From Lama guanicoe (taxonomy: Eukaryota), in NCBI GenBank assembly GCA_013239625.1, contig MU053561.1, forward strand, positions 5,816,439 to 5,880,438: a stretch of DNA of 64,000 nt, given 5' to 3'. This document shows positions 9,907 to 22,910 of this stretch, piece by piece. The position numbers were made by a program, and so were the translations under genes. How positions within the stretch are numbered: position 1 is the first letter of the stretch; each line of letters starts with the position of its first letter. The notes beneath the pieces are model-generated. The model was not told the DNA's origin and searched no databases. It was given only the letters and a program-made list of their open reading frames with translations.

Positions 9907-11376
9907 GGACCCCACTTGCAAGGCATGTCTTTAAGAAAATACTTTTCTCTCCTCTAGTTTGGAGAATGCTGTTCTGTATGTACACTCACTGTCAGAAAAG
10001 CAAGCGGGACGTGTAATTAAGGAGGGTGTTGAACAGTCAACAAAGTGAATGCTGGGTGTGAGGAATTTTTTTATGTATCCTGAAGCAGAGGCTATGGAAT
10101 ACCTGAAAAAGTGAAGTCTGGCCACCTTATGTTCACTCAGACATATATTATATTCAAGATTATGAATAAGACTTTCAGAATAATAGTGGTAGTTTAATTA
10201 CCGTAGTGTTTTTATACTTTTCAAAGAGCATTCGCATCTCTTAACACTGTTTGATCCCTCAACGACCCAACAATTGACAGAACAGTTGTTGACGAGGAAA
10301 CAAGCCCAGAGAGGTTAAACTACCTTAGCGAGAAACAGGCAAGCTGGCATTACTATGGGTTGTCTGACTCTTGTAAATTAAAAACCTGAACAGTTTAAAA
10401 AGAATAATGCCTAGGTCATAGGGTTGTCCTATAAAGTAACTGAAATCAATTTTTCCATGGCAAGTTTGGAGTTACAATTATGCTTTTAAAAAACATTTTT
10501 CCATTTCTTAATACTGAAATATTTCTTGGAATCAAGGACATAACTAATGCTCCAATCCAAACTGAACTTTTAAATCCAAAACAGCAGAGTGAAACGTACT
10601 CTTAGCCTCCTTACCCTGGCTGTTAAGAATACTTGATAACTTCCACCAAGAAACTGGGCACAGGCAGGGGCCCCACAAAGGGGAGGGGGAGCATCTTAGT
10701 ACCTCTCTGTATTATAGTTTCAAAGCTTCTCTATGGGTCCATCAGAAATTCCTGCTCTCTACCCTGTGTCTTCCCCAGTAAGTGGTGCAGGTAACACCAG
10801 CTGGAGTCCCCCCAGCTCTTAATTCCTCCTGCACATTATTTTTTACGATTCTGATAGCACTATGTACCTTATATATCTTTGTACTCCCATAGAGACTAGC
10901 ATAGTACCTGGCACATAATATCAAACATTCAATACATGTTTGATAAGTGACTAGACAATGAGATTATTTTACACTGTACTTGATAAAGTTCCCTAAAAAT
11001 TTTTCTTTAACACTTTCTTTGTATGAAAAATCTCAATATACATAGCAATAAAGAGAATCATAGCATAAGCCTCCATAAATCCAACTAGATTTAGCAAATA
11101 CATGTTTTTAATAAAGAGTTTAGTGATCTATTTCTCAATAAAAATGGAATAAAGAGTTTTTATTTTCATTGCCTAATTAATTAATCCTTGGGTGCCAAAG
11201 TACCTGGCCAGAATTTTTAGAGTTAAATGTAACCCATAAGCAGAGATAACTCAGCTCCAGATTCCTAAAGAAAACTGCTCACTTTGGATCCCCTGTTCCA
11301 GACCTGTGTATAAACACCACTCCCTTAAAATTTAGCTTGTCCCTCTCCCATTATCTCTCATATATATGAGAGACAA

Positions 11377-12062
11377 TGAGGTGATACCTCAGTGTGGTTC
11401 TGATTTGCATTTCTCTGATGATTAGCGATGTTAAGCATCTTTTCAAGTGCCTGTTGGCCCTCTGTATGTCGTCTTTGGGAAAATTTCTATTCAGATCTTC
11501 AGCCCATTTTTTGATTGGGTTGTTTGGTTTTTTTGATAATTTGAGCTGTATGAGCTGTTTATATATTTTGGATATTATCCCCTTGTCAGTAACATCATTT
11601 GCTAATATTTTCTCCCATTCAGTAGGTTGGCTTTTTGCTTTTTTGATGGGTTTCCTTTGCCGTGCAAAAGCTTTTAAGTTTAATTAGACCCCATTTGTTT
11701 ATTTTTGCTTTTATTCCTTTTGCCTTTGGAGACAAGTCCCCCCAAAATACAGCAACGATTTATGTCAAAGAGTGTCCTATGTTCAATGTTCTATGTTCTG
11801 CCTATGTTTTATTGTTTAAGGTCAAACATTAAGGTCTTTAATCCATTTTGAGTTTATTTTTGTATGTGGTGAAAGGAAATGTTCTAATCTCATTCTTGTA
11901 CGTGTAACTGTCCAGTTTTCCCAGCACCACTTAAAAGAGACTGTCTCTTCTCCATTGTGTATCCTTGCCTCCTTTGTCGTAGATTAATTGACCATAAGTG
12001 CATGGATTTATTTCTGGCTCTCTGTTCTGTCTGATTGATCTATGTCTGTTACTGTGCCAGTA
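11377..12062 (-). mobile_element. L1 ORF2 fragment, truncated at both ends
   Basis: Typical antisense L1 text: gatttgcatttctctgatgattag...ccattttgagtttatttttgtatg...ccagttttcccagcaccac. Confidence 0.9.
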
Positions 12063-12690
12063 TAAAGATATGAGAATTTCAAAGGAAAAAACAAAACTAC
12101 CTTTACACTGGAAATGATTGTCTGAAGAAAAAAATCAAAAAAATCTTCAAGTAAACTATTGGAACTAGTAGAAAGGTTCAACAAGGTGTGACTACAAGAT
12201 CAACATACTAAAATCAATGTTATTCAGATAAGTAGCAATAATAAAATATAATTTCTAAAAGACAGCATATGTAATAGCAGTAAAGACTAAAAGATTCTTA
12301 AGAGAAACTAAAAGATACCTAGATCAAACAAAGAAATGCAAGAGAAAAAATGTATAGAGAACATTATAAAACATTATTGAAAAGTATTTTTAAAAGGCCT
12401 AAGTAGATGGAAAGTTTAGCCGTGCTTTTAGACTGAAAGAATCATTATTACAAAGATGTCAATTCCCCCAGGTTGATTTGTAGATTTAATGCAATCCCAA
12501 TAAAAGTCCCAAATATACTGGTATTGCAAGGGGAAAATAATTTTTTTTTCTTGGAGAGAAATAAAATGTAGAACTTGCTTTACCAGATATCAAGATAGGT
12601 TTTAAAAGTTATACTAATTTAAGAGTATAATCACAACATTGTAAAATGACTATTACTCAATAAAAAAAGTTTTAAAAAAAGTGTAATATT

Positions 12691-12796
12691 AATTCAGAAA
12701 TATACATGCACCCCAATGTTCATAACAGCACTATTTACAATTGCCAAGATGTGGAAGTAACCTAAGTATCCATTAAAATATGAATGGATAAAGAAG

Positions 12797-12857
<61 letters not shown>

Positions 12858-13290
12858 TAATGGAATACTACTCAGTCACTAAAAAAGAATGAAATTTTGC
12901 CATTTGCAACAACATGGATGGACTTGAAGGGTACTGGGCTAAGTGAAATAAGTCAGGCAGAGAAAGACAAATACTGTATATGTGGAAACTAAAAAATAAA
13001 ACAAACTAGTGAATATAACAAAAAAGGAAGACTCACAGATATAGAGAACAAACTACTGGTTACCAGTAGGGAGAGGGAAGTGGGCAGGGGCACGTAGATG
13101 ATTAAGAGGTGCACACAACTAGGTACAAAATAAACTAAGCTACAAGGGTCTATTATACACTACAGAGAATATAGCCAATATTATATAATAACTATAAATG
13201 GAATATAACCTTTAAATACTGTAAGTCACTATGTTGTACATCCAAAACTCATAGAATATTGTACATCAACTATACCTCAACTTAAAAAAT
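12691..13290 (+). mobile_element. 5'-truncated L1 (ORF2 end plus 3'UTR)
   Basis: atacatgcaccccaatgttcat...atcaactatacctcaa with A tail; TSD aaagtgta(a/g)tatt at 12678-12690 / 13291-13303. Confidence 0.9.
12799..12854. repeat. (AC)28 microsatellite
   Basis: Perfect dinucleotide run inside the L1. Confidence 0.97.
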
Positions 13291-14436
13291 AAAGTGTAGT
13301 ATTGCCACTAGGAAAGTTAAATAGACTTTTGGTACATAACACAGACTTGATTGAGCACTTGATTTATGACGTAGGTGAAACTTCAGATCAGCGGAGAAAG
13401 GACAGACTTTTCAATAAGCGGTGCTGGGATCATTAGATAATTATATGGAGAAAAATGAAGTTGGATCTTTTTTCACAACATATACAAAAGTCAATTCAAG
13501 ACCTAAAAATGAAGGGCAAAATCATGAAGATTTTAGAAGAGAATAGTAAAGACTATCTTTTTCACATCGAAGTACAAAAGGATATCTTAAATGGAAAAAA
13601 TAGTTAACCATAAATAAAAGAACAATAAATTTGAATACATTAAAATAAATTTTAATTCACAAAAGACACCATAGAAAGATATTTGCAACATTCATAACCA
13701 ACAAAGTATCCAGAATTTGCAAAAAATTCCTACAAATCAACAAGATAAAGGCTAAAAACCCAAAAGAAAAATGGGCATAAGATTTTAATATGTACTTCAA
13801 AAGAGAAAAAATACAGTTAGCCAAAAAGCATGTGAAGCATTGCTCAATCTCATCATTTGTCAAAGAAATGGAATAATAAAACTGCAGTGAAATACCACTA
13901 CACACATCAGACTGACAAAAATTATAAAACCTGACAATCCCAAGTGTTGGTAAGAAGTGGAACAATGAAGCATCTCATCAAAGGCTAGCATGAATGGGAA
14001 TTAACATAACCACTTTGGAAAACACGATCTCAATTCCTAATAAAGCTGAAGATGTACACATGCCATGATCTAGCAATTCCACTTTGAGGTATACACCTTA
14101 GAGATGGGTGTGCTTATGCACCTAGATACATGTACCAAAGTGTTGATAGCAGCATTATTATAATTGCCAAAAACTAGAAGAAACCCTAACATAATGTCGA
14201 GCCAAAAATCCAAATCACAAGAGTGCATACTATATTATTCTTTTCATATCGAAGCTTAAAAACAAGGAAAACTAATTTATTTAGAGATGCACACATAGGC
14301 AGTAGAATCATAAAGAAAAGCAAGGAAATTATTCCTATAAAAGCTAAAAGTGGTTACCTCTACAGAAGAGGAGGATGATTGTGATTGGCAAGGAATATTC
14401 AGGGACTTTTGGAGTTCCAGCAGTATTCTGTTTCTT

Positions 14437-14470
14437 TCTTTTTTTTTTTTTTTTTTTTTTTCAATTAAAA

Positions 14471-14509
<39 letters not shown>

Positions 14510-14606
14510 TTCAAAAAAAATTTTATTTTTTTTTTACATTTTTTATTGATTCATAATCATTTTACAGTGTTGTGTCAAATTCCAGTGTTCAGCACAATTT
14601 TTCAGT
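14437..14606 (-). mobile_element. Very young, heavily 5'-truncated L1 3' end with a compound poly(A) tail
   Basis: Identical 16-bp TSD cagtattctgtttctt (14421-14436 / 14607-14622); L1 3'UTR end TTGACACAACACTGTAAAATGATTATGAATCAATAAA; long uninterrupted A runs. Confidence 0.88.
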
Positions 14607-15148
14607 CAGTATTCTGTTTCTTGACCTGGGTAGTGGTTACATGGGTTTTGCTTTACAACCAAACTGTAGATTTCTGGGTTTGTTTTTTTTTTACATTTTT
14701 ATATATATTTCATTATAAAGAGGTAAAAAATGACAAGTCTGTCAAAATTCATCCAAAAGTACAATGCAATTCTAATAAAGTACGTAATGGAAATTGACAA
14801 GTTGATTCTAAAACTATAAAGAAGAGCAAAGAGACTATTTTCATAAAAACTAAATAAGTTAAGGGACCTACCCTTCCACATAATAAGACTTAACAATAAC
14901 ACCCAAGTTGTTAAGAAATTATTTATAGGGATAAACAAATAGACAGAACAGAAGAGAATGAAAAATCTAAAAATCAAGGCATGCACACAAGGAAACCTGA
15001 TATAAGACACAGGTCACATTACAAAGCAGTAAGAAATGGATGGCTTAATCAACAAATATTCATAAGAAAAAAACAAAAATTAGACCCTTAACTCACACTA
15101 TAATGAAAATAAAACCCTAATAGAATAAAGACCTCAGGGTAGAGGGGG

Positions 15149-15582
15149 TGTAAGAGAAACTACTCCCTGCCCACAAAATCCGTTCTTCCGTTCCTCCATG
15201 ACAATCAACATTTCCCAGTCTCCCCCGCAGACGGACCTAGGAATAGAATTAAGTTCTCACAATGGGATGTGAGCAGAAGTGATGGGTACCCCTTGCAGCT
15301 CTGGGACTTGACACTAGGTCCACGCTCTCCTTCCCTTTCCTGCTGGTTGGAATGTAAATACGGCAGTGGCTCTTACTACGAGATAGTAATATGCCCAAGA
15401 GGATGGCAAACCCATGAGATAGCATGACCTGGGTCCCTGATTGCATATGTACATAAAACCACCTCAACATTGAGGACTAGTCGCCTCTGGACTTTTTTGT
15501 CAGAGATAAACAGATGTCTCTGTTCTTTAAACCACTGTATTTTAGGGCTCTTTGTTACAGCATCTCCATCTTCACTACTAAC
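15149..15582 (+). mobile_element. MaLR LTR (MLT1J-like)
   Basis: catttcccagtctccc...aagttctcacaatgggatgtgagcagaagtgatg...tctttgttacagca. Confidence 0.65.
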
Positions 15583-16455
15583 ACAGAAGTATTTTGCAAC
15601 CACGACTCAAAGAACACCAACTAGATGGGAAAATGTTGATAAATTTGACAACACTAAAATGAAAAATGTCTATCCCACAAAATACCATAAAAATGTGAAA
15701 ATACAAGCTGTGATTGAAAGGAGATATTTATAATGCATATTCAGAGTACAAAAAAAATTCTTCAGATCAGTGGTGAAAAGATAACCTAACAGAAAAACAG
15801 ACAAATGAAATAAACATGAAATAACAAAAGAAACCAACTGGTCAAATAAACATATAAAAAAGCTCAACTTTAAACAATCAGATAATCAGATAAATGCAAA
15901 TTAAAACTACAAAAAATACCATTTACAGACAAATATTGGCAAATATAACAAAAATATTAAAGTCTTACTATATCGTATTTGGCATGAGCAACAGGAACTT
16001 TGGTAAATTGTTTTTGTAGCAGCTTAATCAATACAACCACTTTGGAGAATAACTTTAAAAGATCTAATAAATTTGAAGATACACATCACTATGATCCTGT
16101 AATTCCATTCCTTGGTATATATTCTAGAGAAATTCTTGTACATTGGTGGGAAGGGACAGATACATGAGTGTTAATTGCAGCATTATTTTTAACAGCTGAA
16201 AATTGGAAGCAACCTAAACATTCATCAACAAGAAAATACAGAGATGTAATAGCACCAAAGATAAATCTTTAATCCTAATCCAAATGAAAGAAAGAAAACT
16301 GCCAATAAATATGTACAGTCTGTCCAAAATACACAAAGTTTAAAATATGCCAAAAATATTATCTAGTAAATATGTAGTAAAAACATGCATGTGGATAATA
16401 AACACCAAATTCAAGAATGTTGGGGCCTCTATGGAGAGAAGGTGTGGTATGGGCT

Positions 16456-16499
16456 TGTGTGTGTGTATATGTGTGTGCGCGCGCGCGCGCGTGTGTGTA
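16456..16499. repeat. (TG)n(CG)n alternating purine-pyrimidine tract
   Basis: Read directly from the sequence; contains about (CG)7. Confidence 0.95.
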
Positions 16500-16692
16500 A
16501 GCACATGCTTTAGATTATCTTTATACAGGAAGAAATCGTCCCCTGCACGTGGGCCTCCAGAAAGGGAAGCAAAACTGCATGGAAAACCCTTTCTGTACTC
16601 TTGTAGACTTGCAAACAGTCCTATTTACAATTCTGCCTTAATTTAGTCTCCTTCCCTACATTGTGCTTTATTTCAAGTTATACCTAAACATA

Positions 16693-16872
16693 CAGCAATG
16701 GTTCTTGAGTTTCAACAAGTATCAGAATCACTTGAAGGGCTAGTTAATACAGAACCCCCCAGAGCTCCTAATTCAGCAGGTGTGGGGTGACACTTGAGAA
16801 TCTGCATTTCTAACAAGTTCCCAGGTCCTGCTGAAATAGCTGATCCACGGACCACACTTGGAAACCAACAGT
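16693..16872 (+). mobile_element. MER5A-like hAT-Charlie MITE
   Basis: cagaatcacttgaagggc...gagaatctgcatttctaacaagttcccagg...ggaccacactt. Confidence 0.8.
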
Positions 16873-17604
16873 GAAGTCTATTATACACAGCATATGTGTT
16901 TTTGTGGTTCTGGGGAATTAGGAGACAAAGTAGTCAAAGAAAATGAGGCAAACATTCACCTTGGGCTGAGGCCAGCATAGAAGCCCATAATTCTAGGTGG
17001 CGAATAGGGCTGCTGACAGTGCAGCCGGTAGGAGCCAGGTGTCAGTGGAATGAGTGTGATTTGAATTCCCTTTCCCCTAAATATATGCCTGAACAGGTAC
17101 ATATGATGTAACCGGTTGAGGAAGTAACTGGGCTGATTTCCCATCAAAACATGCCTCCTCACCGTCATCACCCACCCCCACCCTCCCCCACTGCCCCACC
17201 TCCTCCATCCTCAGCATAAACTCCAGGGTCACACCCTGATGGGGGGAAGGGGTTGAAAACGCTGACTCCATTGTATAGCCAACAAGCCAGCCGCCCCTGG
17301 GCTGCTTGAGCTTCTGAGCGAACTTGTTAGTCCATCTTCATGTTTTCAGCGAGCTGGGCGACTTCCCAGGCCTGCTCCTTTATCCTTCTCAGGTTGGGAG
17401 GGAACCCACTCTCAGTCTGGATGCGGCACATGTGATGGTTTAATGGGCTCTTGGGAACCTCGGGGTGAAGCGATTCCCAGCAATCAGCAGGAGCAGTCGT
17501 GCGTTTCTGGGCCCTCCAGCTCCACTCTGTTCACCAGCCTTCCAGGCCTGGAATGTACCCACAAACTCTTTAGCTGACTAAAAGCCCAGGGCACTTGTGT
17601 GCAT

Positions 17605-17607
<3 letters not shown>

Positions 17608-17645
<38 letters not shown>

Positions 17646-17662
17646 CGCGCGCCCGCGCGCAT
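17608..17662. repeat. (TG)15(CG)7 microsatellite, Z-DNA-prone
   Basis: Read directly from the sequence. Confidence 0.95.
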
Positions 17663-18559
17663 GCCCAAGGGGGAGCCAAAGGCCAGTGCACAGAAGAAAG
17701 CCAGTGGCTTCCAGCTGGTCATTATCTTTGGGCCAGAATCTTCCAGTCCCTGAATGGGACCCTGGGTCTCTGCCAAACAGCCGGACTCGCACTCTGTTTA
17801 ATGAAGTGCTCACTGATTATCCTGATGATGCACCGAAAGGCTGGGGCCCACAGTGGTCCATCTGCTGCCAACTCTGCTTCCTTGTTCTACCCCCCGTAGA
17901 AATGAGGATGTCCCTGCAGCGCCCCCCCCCGCCCCTCACTTCCCCAGCGTAATGTGCACCCACAAGGGACCCTGCTCCCGGGGGCTGAACTGAAATGACA
18001 GCAACAGTTTATTAATTGGACTAATGAGCAGCTTACGCAGGGAGAGAAAGAGAAACTGGATGAGTGAGAAGGCAGGGGAGGAAGACAGGAACATCTACAG
18101 CACAGGAGTTCAGGACACGATTTCAGACTGGAGCCAACAGCTCACTTTCCAAGTGCTTGGGGGAGTGGGCAGGCAGGGATTTGGAGAATGGTTTTACAAC
18201 ACTCGTATTTTTCATAGGCAACAGGCTAATTTTTCATCAGCAAGTTGTAACATCCCCATTTCCTGAATGCCTACATACTAGGCCCTTTATTGTTTTATGA
18301 GCTTTGTCTCAGTTAATCTTCACTAGATCCATATGAGACAGGACACCTTCTATTCTTTTTGCCCACGAGAAACCTGAGACCCAGGGAGGTCTGCCCAAAG
18401 TCACACTTGCAGTAAGTAACAGAACCCAAACCCTTAACTGCGGCCCTTGTGGAAACTGGTAGGAAATGAGGCTCCAAGGGAACAGAACTGGTGCCCTTCG
18501 TGAGCGTTCCTCCACGTAGGGGCCGTGAGTGTTAAACCCTCTGTAGGGAGCAGCATCTT

Positions 18560-18700
18560 CAACCCTACCGGCAGCTGGTTTATGGTCCCTGTTTTACAGA
18601 TGAGGAAATTTAAACTCAGAGAGGTAAAGTAATTTGCCTAAGGCCACACAACTAGGAAGGGTCAGAGCAGGGATTTGCTCTCCTACCTGAGTGAGTCCTT
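18560..18700 (-). mobile_element. MIR SINE
   Basis: Core ttttacagatgaggaaatt...cagagaggtaaagtaatttgcctaaggccacac. Confidence 0.8.
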
Positions 18701-20394
18701 CCTTAGTTCACTGCCTCTCTTCTCTCTTTGCCCTGAGCCCCTGCAGGCGTCTTGCATAGGAGAAGGCTAGCTGCAGTAGTGAGTGAGACGGTTTACTTTT
18801 CTACAGAAGAAGCTCCGTTTGATAGCGAGGATCAGGATTGTCATGAGATTTAGCCTGTGGAACTGAAGCTGGAACTCAGCAAGCGTGGAGGAGAAATTGC
18901 CCAGACCTGGGGCTAGACGCTTCTAATGGATGCAACTGCAAGGGCATCCTAAATCTGGCTCAGTCCCCTCTCCAGGCAGAGGCTTGAGGGAGTTGTTAAT
19001 GGCATGAAGTTTCCCTCAACATTTTAGGATTTAAAAGAAAAAATTGTTTTTCTGTCAGTGAGGCCAGTGGGGTGATCTGCAGCGGCAGCTGTGTCCTTCC
19101 TGTTTGTCCTCCTGAAGTAGTTCCAGCTGACCAGCCACTGGGAAACTGCTGCTTAAGCAGCTGGTAATGGACCGCAAAACAACACGAGGAGGGCATGGCA
19201 GGCAGGAGGGTCAGTGCCCTCCTGGGGCTGTGGGCCTGCTTTGCAGAGAGGAACCAAGGAATAAAGACACAGGAACACAGCTGATGTGTGCATATCTAGC
19301 TGTCCTCTGCTCCGGCCTTCCTTCGTATTCTGCAAAGAGTAAGAAATGCTCGTAGGCAAATTCAAACCAGACAGAAGAACAGAAAGTGAAAAGTGAAACT
19401 TCCCCTCTCAGATACTCACCATAACCACTGCTATTTGCTTATCTTTTCAGCTAAATCTTTGAGTTAACCATGAGCTTCCTTTTTAAATTTGTTATTATCT
19501 AACACAAAATGGCATTAATATGTTGATCTTCAATTTGATACATAGCTCTCCAGAATTTTATACCAACTTACATTCCCACCAACAGTGTATAAAAGGGCAC
19601 ATTTCTTCCCATCCTAGCCAACAGTGACTTGTTTTGTAGTTAAAAAAAAAAAAGCTAGTATGTAAATCATAAAAAGAAAACCCTCTCCCACTCTTTCCCT
19701 TTCCTTCTGTCCTTTGGCCTATTTCTTTTAAATTCACAACCTCTGACCCATGCACACTACACAGAATTCCAAAGGTCTGTCAATAGGTGAGAAAACAAGG
19801 CTGGGGGGATTTATGGCCCATCAACTGGGTACACAGAGATGCAATAATACTCTATAAAAGGTGATGCCAACACATCATATATATTTACTAGAGTCCAAAC
19901 GCAGAGCTCCTTAGCCAGCAAAAAAATGTATGTCATGACTCCCTGCTAGGTTTGGAACCTCATTTGACCCTCAAATAATAATGCAGTTAGAAAAAGTAGG
20001 CATTATCTCCCCATTTTAGAGATGATAAAAAATACACTAACACATTTGGGTGACTTGCCCAAGGTCACAGTGCTAAAAGTCAAAATGGAATCTAAATCAG
20101 TGTCCTCCCCTTTATACTACAGCCACAAATTTTATATGTGTGTAAAATATAGGTGTGTGTGTGTGTGTGTATAAACACTAAGTACACAGTGCGTAATTTG
20201 TGAACACATATTTAGATTACACCCCATTTTATACCAACAGATATAGACTAGATGTAATCTCTGTGTGTATAATATAATGTACATAAAATGTGGTAGGTTG
20301 TGCAGCAGACGCTAAGAGGTAGTTTAAAAACAGAACCCCACCTAAATGTCATTTGCAGGTTCTGACAAATCCCTGACAAAAGTCAGGGACTACA

Positions 20395-20650
20395 ACACGA
20401 CAAATAGAATTAACACTGCTGTATGTTATATGTGAAAGTTGTTGAGGGAGTAAATCCTGAGTTCTCATCAAAAGAAGAAAAAATTTTATTTTTCTATTTC
20501 TTCAATTTTGTACCTATATGAGATAATGGATGTTCACTAAATTTCTTGTGATAATCACTTAATGATGTAAGTCAAATCATTATGCTGTAAGCTTAAACTT
20601 ATGTAGTGCTATATATCAATTACATCTCAGTAAAACTGGAAGAAAAAGAG
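20395..20650 (+). mobile_element. L1 3'UTR fragment
   Basis: gagtaaatcctgagttctcatca...gtcaaatcattatgctgta...aaaactggaagaaaa. Confidence 0.8.
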
Positions 20651-20734
20651 TATGTCAGAGACTAAAAATAGGTTAGGAAAGGAACCAAAAATAAATGGCA
20701 TCTCTTACAGTCATGATTCTGGAACAAACAATGT

Positions 20735-20985
20735 ATAATAAGGGTTAAGTGCATGGAATTTTGGAGCCAGATACACCTGAGTTCAAGTCCTACTGTAATT
20801 ACATACTAGATAAGTGTCCTTGGACTACCAAATAAAGTTCTCTGGGTTTGGGTTTCTCATCTGTGAAAAAGAGATAAAATTCTCTGTCTCATAAGATTAT
20901 TATCAAGTGGATGGAATGAAATAATGCATGTAAAACACGTTGCAATATGCCAAGAACACATAAGTCTCAGTAAGTGTAGTTATTG
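20735..20985 (+). mobile_element. MIR SINE
   Basis: ttggagccagatacacctgagttcaagtcc...tttctcatctgtgaaaa...ataatgcatgtaaa. Confidence 0.75.
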
Positions 20986-21344
20986 ATAATTTTTATTATA
21001 TTTTTGCCTATAGTCTTCTTATATGTTTAGATTCAACATAGTTCAGCTCTACATGAAACTAAGCCTATAACTGAAGAAGTAGGAAAAAAAAGATTAACAT
21101 AGTGGTTCTCTGCTGCTGCCCTGGCTGTCCGCTAGAATCATCTGGTGAGATAAAAAACAAAACACTGATGTCCAGGCCAATGAAATCAGAATCTCTGAAG
21201 GTGTTCAGAATCACTGGATTACACAGAGGCTGCCTGTGAGTGTAAAGTTCGGGGGCTACTAAGACTCAATGAAAGAGGTGTTATGAAAATCAAGGCTTTC
21301 ACTGAGTGAGTCCTCTGAATCTCTGACACCTGACTTTAGAGGAT

Positions 21345-21830
21345 GGTTGTTGCTTGACCCCTTTTCACTTTCCCAGGAGTCCTGTTTTACGCTGGGAGAT
21401 CTGTGTAGTCCTAGGGAAGCTAACTCCTTCCCTGACTTCAGAGGTCAAAAAGGAGACTCCTGAAGGCAAAGGCAGCCATTGTATTTTATCCACTGCCTCT
21501 AGTTTGAAATGTGCATGTGATCAAAGCTGTTGTAATCAGGGTGACTCTCAGCACTGCTGTTGGGAATACTGGGACAAAGATGCTGCCTTTCCTGCTGAAT
21601 GTGAATGAGAAAGCAGGTAGCCCTGGGAACTGTTTTTAGCCATCCCAGGACTCCAAAGGGAGTCAGCTTTACCAAAGAAGACAGTAGAGGAGAAAGAAAG
21701 ATACCGTTTTGCTGCTAGATCAAGCTTCTTCTAAGCTAGTTGCCTCTGGACTTCCTAACATCATGAGCTGATAAATTCCTCACTCAAGTCTATTTTTCTG
21801 TTAGTTGCAACTGAAAGCACCCCAGTCAAG
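21345..21830 (+). mobile_element. Old MaLR LTR (MLT1J/K-like)
   Basis: gcctctggacttcc...tgagctgataaattcc...ttttctgttagttgcaactgaaagcacc. Confidence 0.5.
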
Positions 21831-22724
21831 TATTTCCTATGTAGGTCGCAACAATAACGGACAAGGGATGGCCAGTGTTTCTTTCTTTTTCCCAGGAAAA
21901 CAGCAAGTATTTGGCTAGAGCCTCTTCCTGCTCTTTCTAGAACCGACAGCCAAAGGTTGACTTCCCTAAGCAAAAGCAAATAAACAATAAACAGAGCAGG
22001 AACTTCTCTTCTTTCAAAATCATAACCAGTTTCAGCTCAGGGTCTCTTCAATTTTTGGCAAAAGTCTTAGTTTCTCCCTGTTAAGCTGTTGAGATGCAGT
22101 TACACCAGCATCATCGCCACAGCTCTGACCTTGTTCCTCTGCTCACACACTTTCCGTGGCTCTTCAGCACCCACAGGGCCCCTTACAAGCTGCCTCCATT
22201 CTCATCTCCTACAGTACCACCCAATTCTCTCATCAAACTACTTGCTTTTCTCCAAATCTGATATGTTCTCCTGTTTCATTCTCCAGCACCTTATGCAGGT
22301 GTAGTTTCCTTTGTCTGCCATACTCTTTCCCCCTTTTCTATGTGGCAAATTCCCACCTATTCTTCAAGGTCCAGCTCAAGTACCACTTTCTCCATTTTCT
22401 AGAGGCAGGACAGGGGCCCTTCCTTGGTCCTTTCATGACACTGTGCACACACCTTCACCATAGTGCTTCTCACATGCTAGGGTCCATGTGTCTCTGTGCC
22501 AGTCTCCCCCACTAGACTGTGGTTGCCTCAGGAGCAGGGCCTCTATCTTTTTCATTTCAGCAATCCTAAAGAGGCAGTATAAAGTGATGGCTTTAAGTAA
22601 CTGGTTCTGGAAGAAGGCTGCCTAGTTTAAAATCCCAGCCCTACCATTTATTAGCTCTATTACCTTGAGTAAGATACTTAACTTCTCTTTGCCTCAATTT
22701 CTCATCTGTAAAATAAGGATTTAA

Positions 22725-22910
22725 ATAAAGTTTATACTGTATAGCACAGAGAACTATATTCAATATCTTGTAGTAACCTATAATGAAAATGAAAAAGAAT
22801 ATGAAAAAGAATATACGTATGTATGTATATGACTGAATTATTATGCTGTACACCAGAAATTGACACAACATTGTAAACTGACTATACATCAATAGGAAAA
22901 TGAAAAAAAG
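22725..22910 (+). mobile_element. L1 3'UTR fragment inserted in a MIR (MIR about 22572-23000)
   Basis: actgtatagcacagagaactatattcaatatcttgtagtaacctataatg...acaacattgtaaactgactatac. Confidence 0.85.

Larger units (their letters stand above)
12065..16440 (+). mobile_element. Cluster of old L1M (L1MC/L1ME-like) ORF2/3'UTR fragments with younger nested insertions
   Basis: A-rich degenerate ORF2 motifs (aatgcaatcccaataaaa, caacaaatattc, gcaattccact, ggaagcaacctaaaca). Confidence 0.75.

Noticed and set aside
11377..13290. Twin-primed (inverted) L1 made of the minus fragment and the plus 3' end
   Set aside because: They are separated by about 630 bp of older L1, and the plus piece has its own TSD.
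16956..17171. Minus-strand 71-aa ORF ending at a donor-like AG|GTGAAT
   Set aside because: No recognisable homology and no supportable partner exons.
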